This document shows positions 15,959 through 24,971 of a DNA stretch of 64,000 bases, piece by piece. Under the pieces are notes generated by a model. That model ran no database searches. It saw only the letters and a program-made list of their open reading frames with translations, and was not told the DNA's origin. Source of the DNA: an uncultured virus (IMG/VR IMGVR_UViG_3300025433_000003) (Duplodnaviria > Heunggongvirae > Uroviricota > Caudoviricetes); the IMG/VR virus record IMGVR_UViG_3300025433_000003. The stretch is one strand, 5' to 3'. The position numbers and the translations under genes were made by a program. Numbering within the stretch: the stretch's first letter is position 1; every line of letters begins with the position of its first letter.

Positions 15959-17107
15959 ATGACTAATGCTATTGATTATCCAAGTCTAGGTGGATTTGTT
16001 ACTCATAACAGAGATTTCATAGGAGCAATCAAAACAAGAAAAGAAAATCCAAATGGTTTGTTTAGTGAACAGATTTTTGGTCCTAAACAAAATTATCGAT
16101 GCATATGTGGAGAATTAACTGGTGTCATTCATACTGATGAGATATGCGAAAAATGTGGAGTTATGTGTACAGATGCAAGTATCAGGTCTACTCAATTTGG
16201 AAAGATAAGGACGGAGTTTCCATTCATTAAACCAACTAAACAAAAAAACATCATTAAATATCTTGGTAAACTATCTAACAACATTGTTAATCCTATCCGA
16301 CTAGATGTTAATTTAGATACTAAAAGATATCTTGCAGTTAAAGATGATGCGTCAGCTATGAAGATTGTAAATACCCTTAGTCGAATGAATAATTATAGTA
16401 TTATTCCTTTTCGTGTTGTTGGAATTTATAGTCTTTACATTTGTTTGAAATTTGCTGCTGAATATTTAAAAGTAGATAAAGCAATTAACTTTTTTGACGA
16501 TGGTTGGATTACTGATATTGTGTCCGTACTTCCTCCAGATTTAAGAATGTATTCGTTTGATCCCGATAAAGATCAAGTTATGACTCCTCCAATTAATAAA
16601 GCATACACATCTATATTAAATGCTAAAATGATTAATGCTCCAATTCTTCAATATATTAAAACGGACGAACAAGATTGGTTAGAACAAATTAAGATTAGTT
16701 TTGAAGATAATTTAATCGATCAAGAAATATTTCCAACACAGTTAACTGAGTATGATGCAAAAACTGCACACTATCAGTCATTTGTTAATCAGATTTATGA
16801 GTATGTTTATACTAGTTTGTCAGGTAAACCAGGGTTAATTCGCAATAGTGTATTAGGTAAAACTTTAGAATTTAGTGGACGAACTGTTATTACTGTTGAC
16901 CCTTCATTAAAACCCTATCAAATTAAAGTCAGTAAGAAGATGTTAAAAGTGCTTTGGCAACCTATGTTTCTTCACTACCTGATTGAAGTGAAAGGATATG
17001 AAGCAACTAAATGTTTCGAAACGTACATGTTAAATGAGATTGATAATACAGATGAAGTTGATGAGTTATTTGACAGTTTTTTAGTATGGTTTTATGATTA
17101 TACATAA
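15959..17107 (+). CDS. Phage RNA polymerase beta-prime, N-terminal subunit (with Zn finger)
   Basis: GLFSEQIFGP..CICG..CEKCGV, VLPPDLR, GKPGLIRNSVLGKTLEFSGRTVI. Confidence 0.93.
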   Translation: MTNAIDYPSLGGFVTHNRDFIGAIKTRKENPNGLFSEQIFGPKQNYRCICGELTGVIHTDEICEKCGVMCTDASIRSTQFGKIRTEFPFIKPTKQKNIIKYLGKLSNNIVNPIRLDVNLDTKRYLAVKDDASAMKIVNTLSRMNNYSIIPFRVVGIYSLYICLKFAAEYLKVDKAINFFDDGWITDIVSVLPPDLRMYSFDPDKDQVMTPPINKAYTSILNAKMINAPILQYIKTDEQDWLEQIKISFEDNLIDQEIFPTQLTEYDAKTAHYQSFVNQIYEYVYTSLSGKPGLIRNSVLGKTLEFSGRTVITVDPSLKPYQIKVSKKMLKVLWQPMFLHYLIEVKGYEATKCFETYMLNEIDNTDEVDELFDSFLVWFYDYT

Positions 17108-17126
17108 TAATATAGGAGAATTAAAA

Positions 17127-17378
17127 ATGAGTTTTAATTTACTTGCTGAAGATAATGACCTTGATATTAAATTAAATAAAGGTGGACGGATTTATGTCGA
17201 TGTGTCAGATGGACATCAAAATCATAAAATTTTTAATGGCGAACAGATAAACGCTGTTATTATTGAAAGTTCTATTTTGTTTGCTGATAATGGAATGTTC
17301 GGTCCAATAAGTGGATTTGGGTTTTATGCTGGAACTAAAAAGTCTGTTGATGGTGTTAAGAAAAAACTTGACATTTAA
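17127..17378 (+). CDS. Small hypothetical protein, paralog 1 of 3
   Basis: AGGAG RBS. Near-identical to 17772-18023; C-terminus GTKKSVDxVKKKL. Confidence 0.75.
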   Translation: MSFNLLAEDNDLDIKLNKGGRIYVDVSDGHQNHKIFNGEQINAVIIESSILFADNGMFGPISGFGFYAGTKKSVDGVKKKLDI

Positions 17379-17400
17379 CAGTTTTTAATGGAGAATTATT

Positions 17401-17661
17401 ATGGGAATGAATTTAATTGCTGAAGATCCTGGAACAAACATCATTGTACCTGAAAATAGTTGGGTAACTATTGAAATTAATGACGAAGTTATATTTCATG
17501 AAAAAGTTAATCCAATGGCTATTGAAAATACTATTTTGTTTGGCGATGTTCAAATAGGAGATCCTTGGAGTGGAAAAGGTAGTCCTTGGGCTGGTGCAGG
17601 GGTGTATATGGGAACAAAAAAATCTGTTGATGATGTTAAGAAAAAACTTGAACTACAATGA
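17401..17661 (+). CDS. Small hypothetical protein, paralog 2 of 3 (divergent)
   Basis: Shares LIAED, IExxILF and GTKKSVDDVKKKL with its neighbours. Confidence 0.75.
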   Translation: MGMNLIAEDPGTNIIVPENSWVTIEINDEVIFHEKVNPMAIENTILFGDVQIGDPWSGKGSPWAGAGVYMGTKKSVDDVKKKLELQ

Positions 17662-17771
17662 GGAGAGTTTGTGAAACCAGAAATTAAACGACTTAGTGAG
17701 CTTGCTTATCTCAATTAAATGTTTGGTATGGTTTTATGATTATAGTGAAGAATAAAATAGGAGAAACGATC

Positions 17772-18023
17772 ATGGCTATAGAATTAATTGCGGAAGACAA
17801 TGACCTTGATATTAAATTAAATAAAGGTGGACGGGTTTATGTTGATGTGTGGGATGGACTTCAATATCATAAAATTTTTAATGGCGAACAGATAAATGCT
17901 GTTATTATTGAAAGATCCATTTTGTTTGCTGATGGTGGAATGTTCGGTCCAATAAGTGGTCTTGGATTTTATGCTGGAACTAAAAAGTCTGTTGATGATG
18001 TTAAGGAAAAACTTGGTATTTAA
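17772..18023 (+). CDS. Small hypothetical protein, paralog 3 of 3
   Basis: AGGAG RBS; near-identical to 17127-17378. Confidence 0.75.
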   Translation: MAIELIAEDNDLDIKLNKGGRVYVDVWDGLQYHKIFNGEQINAVIIERSILFADGGMFGPISGLGFYAGTKKSVDDVKEKLGI

Positions 18024-18035
18024 TAGGAGAGTTTT

Positions 18036-18785
18036 GTGAAACCAGAAATTAAACGAGAACGAGAACCTGAACTATGGGCAATACACCCAGACTTTCCAAT
18101 GTACACAGTTAGTACCTATGGAAAAGTATATACATACAAGAATCAAAAATTGTTAAAACCAGCAGTTAATCATGATGGATATTTAGCAGTTACATTGTAT
18201 AATTATTTAGGAAGACGAACGATTTTTATTCATAATTTAATGTTAGAAATATTTGTTAGTTTACGTCCAAAAGGACATGAATGTCGTCATTATCCAAATC
18301 AAGATCCTGCAGATAATTACATTGGTAATATTTCTTGGGCAACTCATGCTGTTAATAATCATGATAATTTAGAAACGGGTAGCGAAAAGATTAAACTTTC
18401 GGATAAAAAAATACTTGCAATTAAACAAGATATTAAAGATGGAGTATTCTTAGAAGATGTGGCTAAAAAACATGGTATGAGTAAAGCTTTAATGTCAAAT
18501 ATAAAAAGAGGAGAATTATGGTCAACTGTTGGTGAAGATTTATCTAAATTAGATATTGAACGTAAACCATTAAAACTATTTCGTAATCAAGTTTGTTTAA
18601 TTAAAATACTATTAAAAGAAAATAAATTAACTCAACTCAGAATATCAGAACTGTTTGATGTTTGTCCAATGACTATATCTAATATTAAAACTGGTAAAAC
18701 TCATTGGGATGTAATCCCATTAGATATATCATACGAAGATGCAAGTATTATTTATAATAATGGAGGGTCATTATTATTGGTATAA
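18036..18785 (+). CDS. Free-standing HNH homing endonuclease (NUMOD4-like plus HNH plus HTH)
   Basis: WAIHPDFPMYTVSTYGKV, GYLAVTL, IHNLM, ECRH..DPADNYIGNISWATHAVN. Confidence 0.88.
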   Translation: MKPEIKREREPELWAIHPDFPMYTVSTYGKVYTYKNQKLLKPAVNHDGYLAVTLYNYLGRRTIFIHNLMLEIFVSLRPKGHECRHYPNQDPADNYIGNISWATHAVNNHDNLETGSEKIKLSDKKILAIKQDIKDGVFLEDVAKKHGMSKALMSNIKRGELWSTVGEDLSKLDIERKPLKLFRNQVCLIKILLKENKLTQLRISELFDVCPMTISNIKTGKTHWDVIPLDISYEDASIIYNNGGSLLLV

Positions 18786-18806
18786 TTAATTCGAGAAAGG
18801 AAATTT

Positions 18807-21703
18807 ATGAAACCAGAAATTAAACGACTTAGTAAACTTGCTTATCTTAACCGTCAACCTTCGCTATGGCGCCATTCAATACCATGTGTTGAAATAATAC
18901 CTTCTGATGATGATGATTTGTCAATTGGATTATCACCATTGATGTTAGCTCCCCTTAATGCCGATTTTGATGGTGACGAGCTTGCGATCTATATAATAAA
19001 TAGTGTCGAAGCTCTAAAAGAAATGAAAGAAAAGGCATTCTTAAAGAACACATTTAGATACGATTCAAATAATGAAATGCTTAGTACAGTTAGACATGAA
19101 GCATTATATTGTTGTTATATTCTAACAGAAGACATTAATCCAGACTTTGATAGTTGGAAAAATGATATAATTGAGTTAGACGAATTAGAAAAATTACCAG
19201 AAGATTTCGATTATTGGAACGATCATCTTCAACAACCAGTTAAATTCAAAGACAATCATTATACTTATGGTGTGTGTCTATTGAATAAATGGTTAGGTTT
19301 CGATACAGTTCTTATTAATAAAACTGTTGCAAAGAATGAATCTAATGAAATTAGTGAGATCCTCTATCAATATGATCCAGATAATTTCTATGACCAATTA
19401 ACTGATTTTAGTAAACGTTTGTTCTTTTTTATATCTTCAACTAATCATAACCCAACTATAGATGTTGGTGAAATGGCTAATGTTGTTGATGATAAAACTG
19501 AAAAATTATTTCAAAAACTTCCACATTTTAATCCGTATTTGGGTTTCTATTTGAACGAAACATTGACTGATTATTGTGTTACTTCAATGGATCCAAAATC
19601 AAATTTGTTTCGTCTTTATAAAAGTGGCAGTAGGATGTCGAAACAACAACTTGCACGATCCTGTATAAATATAGGTTATGTTGCAGATACTGAAAATATT
19701 GTCGTTCCTACTCCAACTTGTACTCACTTAATGAAAGGTTTAAGTATCGAGGATTATTTTCTTGGTTCTCCAGGTTCTCGTAAGGGTTAACAACAAGGCT
19801 CTTTTAAAATTTATCTATATGCTGGAATCCCCTTAGAGTCTTTAATACATTATAACAGGTTTATAATGTTAAAATTTAAAGAATTGGGCAATCAGCAGAT
19901 AAGGCTTATTAATATAACATTAGTAAGAAATCTCAGAGACTATACGATAAGGTAAGAAGAAATGCATCCTCAGTACATATTAGGTTTATTTGATTCTGAA
20001 AAAGGAATATTTGAAGTTAAACAATATCACAAATGTTATAAATTTCGGATAGTGATATACAGTCAAAGTATTCAAGTATTATATAAAATTAAGAAACGAT
20101 TTAAAAATATTGGTAAAGTTAAACAATTAACAGACAATAAATATGTATTGATTTTTGATAAACAATTAGAATTAGTCCTACCATTTTTTTATACTAATAA
20201 ATTACAATCAATAAAAAAATCTGTTGAATTTTATAAATTTTCATATTTATATGAAAAACTTATTGTTGAAAAAGAAAAAGGATTAACTGAAAAAGAATTA
20301 CGACGGGTAATTAATAAATTACACTATTTCTTACAAGATAGAGTCCAACAGTTATAGAAATATAATTGAATCAACTGCTTGTTGATAAAGCATCAGAAAC
20401 TCCTCTCAGTGGTTATCTCGAAAGAACGTTAACAATGGCACTTGGAATAGTTGAGATTATCGAAGAAGATTGTGGAACAGAACATGGTATTGAATTTATC
20501 ATATTCAGTGAGAAACATGCAAAATCACTTGTTGGTAAATATTATAAAGATCCACAAGATTCAGCAATGGATTGGGAGATTCTTAATCTACCTACAGCAA
20601 GATCACTTATTAATTTGAAAATATTAATACGATCACCAATGACATGTCAAACACCGAATTTTAAATTATGTCGAAAATGTTTCGGTACAAGAAAATTACC
20701 TACAGAGTGTGTTGGAGTTGTTTCTGGTCAAGTTGTTTCGGAAAGATTGACTCAGCTAATAATGCGATTAATGAAAATGGTCGCTTCTAGGAGTAATCCT
20801 AGTCGAAAAATTCTTTGAATTCAGTAGATCTCTTAGCGTGTAAAGACGAAGACAATACTGAGCCAAGTTTTATAAATATTGCTAATATTTATATTAAAGG
20901 TGCAGAGACTATCCCGTCATGGGGAGTACACTCAAGCGAGTGGAAGTAGAGAACATCCTTTGAAAAGGATGGTAATATAGTCCGTTCTTTATAGAAATAT
21001 AGAGCAGGAACAAAAAAATAGTTCCGGAAAAGAATTAGCGATTCTTTTTGAACATTAAGCGTTCCATCACAGTGGTTCAGCCAATCTAGAAATTAACCAA
21101 TCAGTAAAAGATTTCATTCAAAACCATCTAACAAATATTATTCACAACCCAGAATTAAAACAATATATAATTGAATTCAATACAGAAGAGATTCCAAATA
21201 ATATTGATAAAATTCAAGGATTTAAAGAATCAATTAATAATAAATCATATTTTGATTATTTCACTGGGGAAGTAAAAAACATTGATGCAATTGAAATTAT
21301 GAACAATGTAAAGGAGATATTAAAAACTAATAATAAAGTCAAAAAATCCCCTGTGATTTATTATGAAGACATCATGTCACATCTTCTGACTGTTGGAACT
21401 CCGTATAGTAGTTTTATTGAAATTCTATTATGTAATATGTTTGTTATTAATAAAAATAAAGACAATAAAAGATTTTGGAGATATGATCCAGATCAACCAG
21501 CAGTAAAAAAGTTTGGTGAAAAGACACTTGCAATGAACCTGAGCCCGACTCTTGGAGCGTTATATCAACCGAATAAAACAACGCTAGGAAACATTAATTC
21601 GTTTTCTGATGTCGATATTGAAAAATTATCTATTCATGAACGTATTTGGATGGGTCATTGGCAAACTGGTCAAGTTGACAAAATTGAAAAGGGAGAGATA
21701 TGA
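18807..21703 (+). CDS. Phage RNA polymerase beta-prime, catalytic and C-terminal subunit; join(18807..19787,20378..20768,21060..21703), 671 aa
   Basis: LNRQPSL and NADFDGD. Splicing restores the bridge helix GSRKG|LVDKASETPLSGYLER and trigger loop TQLIMR-S-FHHSG. Confidence 0.92.
19788..20377 (+). mobile_element. Group I intron (590 nt) encoding a LAGLIDADG endonuclease
   Basis: 5' exon ends in U; P1 AAGGGU/GCUCUU; perfect P10 CAACAAG/CUUGUUG; core elements GCTGGAA, AATCAGCAG, TCAGAGACTA, AAGATAGAGTCC; terminal G. Confidence 0.93.
19962..20357 (+). CDS. Single-motif LAGLIDADG homing endonuclease (intron-encoded)
   Basis: HPQYILGLFDSEKGIF..FRIVIYSQSIQVLYKIKKRFKNIGKV..VLPFF..KLQSIKKSVEF. Confidence 0.85.
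   Translation: MHPQYILGLFDSEKGIFEVKQYHKCYKFRIVIYSQSIQVLYKIKKRFKNIGKVKQLTDNKYVLIFDKQLELVLPFFYTNKLQSIKKSVEFYKFSYLYEKLIVEKEKGLTEKELRRVINKLHYFLQDRVQQL
20769..21059 (+). mobile_element. Group I intron (291 nt, ORF-less, IA-like with P7.1/P7.2)
   Basis: P1 GCGAU/GUCGC; AATACTGAGCCAAG, GCAGAGACTA, ATATAGTCC; terminal G. Removal restores MRSFH. Confidence 0.9.
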
Positions 21704-22161
21704 CAATCACATGTATATTATCAGAATTGTTGTCAGCACCACAAATGGCTGTCCCTCTAGAATTTCAATTATGCGACCCTCCGTCTTTCAATGAACAAAT
21801 AAAAACACTAAAAAGAAGAGAGAATAACATGAGCAAAGACAACGGAATTTATATCCTTAAGACGTCAGATAGTTATATCATTGAAAAAGAAACTAAAGTT
21901 AAAGTTTCTATTGAAGATAAACGAATAGCATATCGAGTAGCACATGTTTCTGCAATTGATAATTTTAGTCAATTGGAATATGAAGAGAATTTAACTGATT
22001 TACATGAATATATGAAAGATAATTGGGGACAATCTACAGTTTATTATACTATTGAAGATGCACTTATTTGTGCAAGTAAGATATATGACAGTGTTAAATA
22101 TCTTGAATATGGTATCAATAAAATTGACGGTAGTTATTATGACTTCTTTTATCTCGAATAA
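21700..22161 (+). CDS. Hypothetical phage protein (true start possibly ATG 21829)
   Basis: MSKDNGIYILKT..YRVAHVSAIDN..YLEYGI. Confidence 0.65.
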   Translation: MTITCILSELLSAPQMAVPLEFQLCDPPSFNEQIKTLKRRENNMSKDNGIYILKTSDSYIIEKETKVKVSIEDKRIAYRVAHVSAIDNFSQLEYEENLTDLHEYMKDNWGQSTVYYTIEDALICASKIYDSVKYLEYGINKIDGSYYDFFYLE

Positions 22162-22273
22162 CCCGAATTTTTTGAATTTACCTCAAAAAGAAAGATATTT
22201 ACTCCGTAGACAGTTTCAATTTATGTCAAAGTATGCTGACATTCTTCAAAAAAGGATAGATTTGTTTTAAAAT

Positions 22274-22345
22274 ATTCAGTTCGAAAGCGACCGGTGACGC
22301 TTTACAGGATCGATCCGAGATAGGTTCAACTCCTATAACTGAATT
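22274..22345 (+). ncRNA. tRNA-like RNA lacking a canonical anticodon arm
   Basis: 8-bp acceptor-like stem ATTCAGTT/AACTGAAT, perfect T arm ATAGG-TTCAACT-CCTAT, 6-bp D-like arm with GG in the loop. Confidence 0.55.
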
Positions 22346-22346
22346 T

Positions 22347-22491
22347 GTAGGATGATCGGTTATCCGATGACGTGGCGTGGGAAAGTCGACGGATGGAAAT
22401 CCACTAACCTCACCATTCTACTAGGGAACACTAGCTGAAACTCGTGCTATACGAAAGGTTGACGACTTTCCTTGGGTGTAAAATAGTCGTT
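22347..22491 (+). ncRNA. Putative structured RNA of unknown family
   Basis: GC-elevated, no ORF. GGGAAAGTCG/CGACTTTCCT, GTAGGATG/CATTCTAC and several short hairpins. Confidence 0.5.
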
Positions 22492-22522
22492 TAAAAACTA
22501 AAATTAAAAAGGAACCTAAGCA

Positions 22523-22726
22523 ATGCCAAAATATAAAACTAAAAACACAGTAACTGAATTAAGCGAAGGAGAAAGAAGATTTAATAAAATCATGAGATAT
22601 CATATTGATGACATTGAACTGACAAAACATGAACTTGAAATTGCTGGCAAATTCTTCATGCTTGGTTGGCATCAATCATTGTTGAGTACAATAGATCTGC
22701 TTGAGAATAAAGGAGAAAATTTATGA
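22523..22726 (+). CDS. Hypothetical protein
   Basis: AAGGA RBS; stop overlaps next start. Confidence 0.6.
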   Translation: MPKYKTKNTVTELSEGERRFNKIMRYHIDDIELTKHELEIAGKFFMLGWHQSLLSTIDLLENKGENL

Positions 22727-23040
22727 AAAAACTCAAAAAGAAAAAACCAATTAAATTGACGGATGCACAAAAAAGAGTTAATGAATTAATGAAAAATTGT
22801 GACAGTAAAATTTCATTAAATGATCCCATTAGAACAATCCATGAAGATCGTGGGTATAAAGATTGTCTTTGCTGTGTATGTAAAAAAGTAAGTCAATGTA
22901 CACCAGAAAATGACTTTTATTCAACTGACGATCATGGGCAAGAATTAGTTTGTGAATTATGTTTTAAAAAATATTTAAAATCACAACATGGGATTAATGA
23001 TATGGTATATTTTACTAATACACAAAGAGATGGTATGTAA
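22723..23040 (+). CDS. Hypothetical Cys-containing protein
   Basis: AAGGAG RBS; CxxC motifs. Confidence 0.6.
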   Translation: MKKLKKKKPIKLTDAQKRVNELMKNCDSKISLNDPIRTIHEDRGYKDCLCCVCKKVSQCTPENDFYSTDDHGQELVCELCFKKYLKSQHGINDMVYFTNTQRDGM

Positions 23041-23594
23041 TGTATTATTTCACTTCTGATGAACACTATGGCCATAAAAAAATTATTGAATATTGTAATA
23101 GACCATTTTCAGACATAGAAGAGATGGATAAAACAATTATTCAAAACCATAATAATATTGTTACTCGACAGGATATGACAATACATGTTGGAGATTTTTG
23201 TTTAGCAAGTAGAGAATATTTATATGTGTTAAAAAACTATATTAAAAAACTCAATGGCAATCATATTTTCATTCCTGGATCACACGATTATTGGTTAAAG
23301 AAGAGTACTGAACCTAAGAGATCCCATATTTGGCAAACAGTATTTGATAAACAGCAAGTCATTTGTTGTCATTATCCAATGATGACATGGCCTGCAAGTA
23401 ATTATGGTTCATGGCATTTGTATGGTCATGCTCATGGTAAAACAGAAGGGTTAGGAAAATCAATGGATGTTGGTGTTGATTGTAATGATTTTAAACCAGT
23501 TAGTTTTGTCCAAGTTGTTGAGATCATGATGAGTAAACCCCTCAATATTAATCAAACATATGTGATAAATCATGATAAATCAAATCAAATGTAA
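23040..23594 (+). CDS. Calcineurin-like metallophosphoesterase
   Basis: FTSDEHYGH, HVGDF, GSHD, CHYP, LYGHAH, MDVGVD. Confidence 0.9.
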   Translation: MYYFTSDEHYGHKKIIEYCNRPFSDIEEMDKTIIQNHNNIVTRQDMTIHVGDFCLASREYLYVLKNYIKKLNGNHIFIPGSHDYWLKKSTEPKRSHIWQTVFDKQQVICCHYPMMTWPASNYGSWHLYGHAHGKTEGLGKSMDVGVDCNDFKPVSFVQVVEIMMSKPLNINQTYVINHDKSNQM

Positions 23595-23775
23595 AATGTT
23601 TAGTTTTGTTTATCGTAAATGGTTATGGAACGAATATCTTAAAACGTATGATGTAGTAACTAATGTGTTTGGGTGGAGGCTTGCTAGAACTAAAACAAGT
23701 ACTGGTGGGAGTGTAAAAACAGTTAGTCCATGCTTTACAATTTTTGGAGTTAAATTTGATTAACGGAGGACAATC

Positions 23776-24129
23776 ATGTGTAAAAATACATTTAAGTACA
23801 CTGTTAGAAATCGTGACAATATTAAATTTATTAGAATATTCAGAATAGAAGACATTTCCGATAGATTACGACCTTGGTTAGAGGCTAATTATTGTAGTGT
23901 TAATGATATTGTAAGTATTCATCAATACACTGGTGAAAATGATGCTCATGAAAAACCTATTTTTGAAAATGATTGTGTACAGAGAATTAATGATGATCAA
24001 GACAGTGATCTATTCTGTGGAACAGTTAAATTTCTTGAAGGTACTTTTTGGGTAATTAATGATGAATTTGCTTTTTCAGTATTTAGTGAAACTCGGCAAT
24101 GGGAAATACTAGATGGAGACAAAGATTGA
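23776..24129 (+). CDS. YopX-family protein (paralog 1)
   Basis: QYTGENDAHEKPIFENDCV..GTVKFLEGTF. Confidence 0.75.
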   Translation: MCKNTFKYTVRNRDNIKFIRIFRIEDISDRLRPWLEANYCSVNDIVSIHQYTGENDAHEKPIFENDCVQRINDDQDSDLFCGTVKFLEGTFWVINDEFAFSVFSETRQWEILDGDKD

Positions 24130-24130
24130 T

Positions 24131-24511
24131 ATGGATAAAAATCTATTTAGATACACAGTAACAAAAAATATCGATTCTGTATTTGTTGAAACATTTACTC
24201 TTAAAGAAATCCCAATCAAATTAAGACCTTGGTTAGATGCTAATTATCTTAGTTTCAATAATATTAAAAGTATTGATCAATGCACTGGCGAAAGGGATAT
24301 TAATAATATTCCAATATTTGAAAACGACATAGTACAACAAGTTCATAGTGGGGAAACAACATCTTCATTTCGAGGAATAGTTCAATTCTTGGAGGGTGCA
24401 TTTTGGGCAGTTAATTGTGATTGTGATGGCGATAATTGTATTGAATTTCCAATACATACAAAAGACCATTGTTGGCAAATTATTAAAGAAGATGAGGAAT
24501 GGACGGCATGA
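24131..24511 (+). CDS. YopX-family protein (paralog 2)
   Basis: QCTGERDINNIPIFENDIV..GIVQFLEGAF. Shares LRPWLxANY with paralog 1. Confidence 0.75.
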   Translation: MDKNLFRYTVTKNIDSVFVETFTLKEIPIKLRPWLDANYLSFNNIKSIDQCTGERDINNIPIFENDIVQQVHSGETTSSFRGIVQFLEGAFWAVNCDCDGDNCIEFPIHTKDHCWQIIKEDEEWTA

Positions 24512-24939
24512 ACGAGACAATTAGAATATACACTGATGGAAGTACGATGCCAAAAAACCCAGGTCCTTCGGGAGCTGGAGCAGTAATATTATATCCAGAT
24601 GGAAGAGAATTTCACCTATCCCAATATCTCGGAGATAATCTAACAAACAATATAGCTGAATTGAATGCAATATTACTTTCAGTTCAATCATTAAAGAATG
24701 TTGATGGTTCAATAAGGATTGAAATTTATTCAGATAGTCAATATTCAATCGGAGCATTAACAAAGAATAAAGCAATTAAAAATAAAGAGTTAATACAGAA
24801 AACTAAAGATGAGTTAGCTAAATTTGACGATGTTGAATTTTTTAAAGTTAAAGCTCATGCAACAGATAGATATAATAATCTTGCTGATCAACTTGCGAAT
24901 GATGCTGTACGAAACCATAAAATAAAAAGTTACTTGTAA
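24499..24939 (+). CDS. rnhA: Ribonuclease HI
   Basis: IYTDGS..NPGPSGAG, TNNIAEL, YSDSQY, KVKAHA..NNLADQLA. Confidence 0.93.
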   Translation: MDGMNETIRIYTDGSTMPKNPGPSGAGAVILYPDGREFHLSQYLGDNLTNNIAELNAILLSVQSLKNVDGSIRIEIYSDSQYSIGALTKNKAIKNKELIQKTKDELAKFDDVEFFKVKAHATDRYNNLADQLANDAVRNHKIKSYL

Positions 24940-24971
24940 GCAACTATTAACTAAAAAAAAGGAAAATTACT

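Noticed and set aside
22052..22270. 72-aa ORF overlapping the previous gene
   Set aside because: Only the last ~43 codons look protein-like; probably a truncated remnant with no supported start.
22364..22388. CCGATGA...GAAA as a hammerhead, or GGAAAGTC as RNase P RNA
   Set aside because: I could not build the hammerhead stems around the core, and the RNase P 3' P4 strand is absent.
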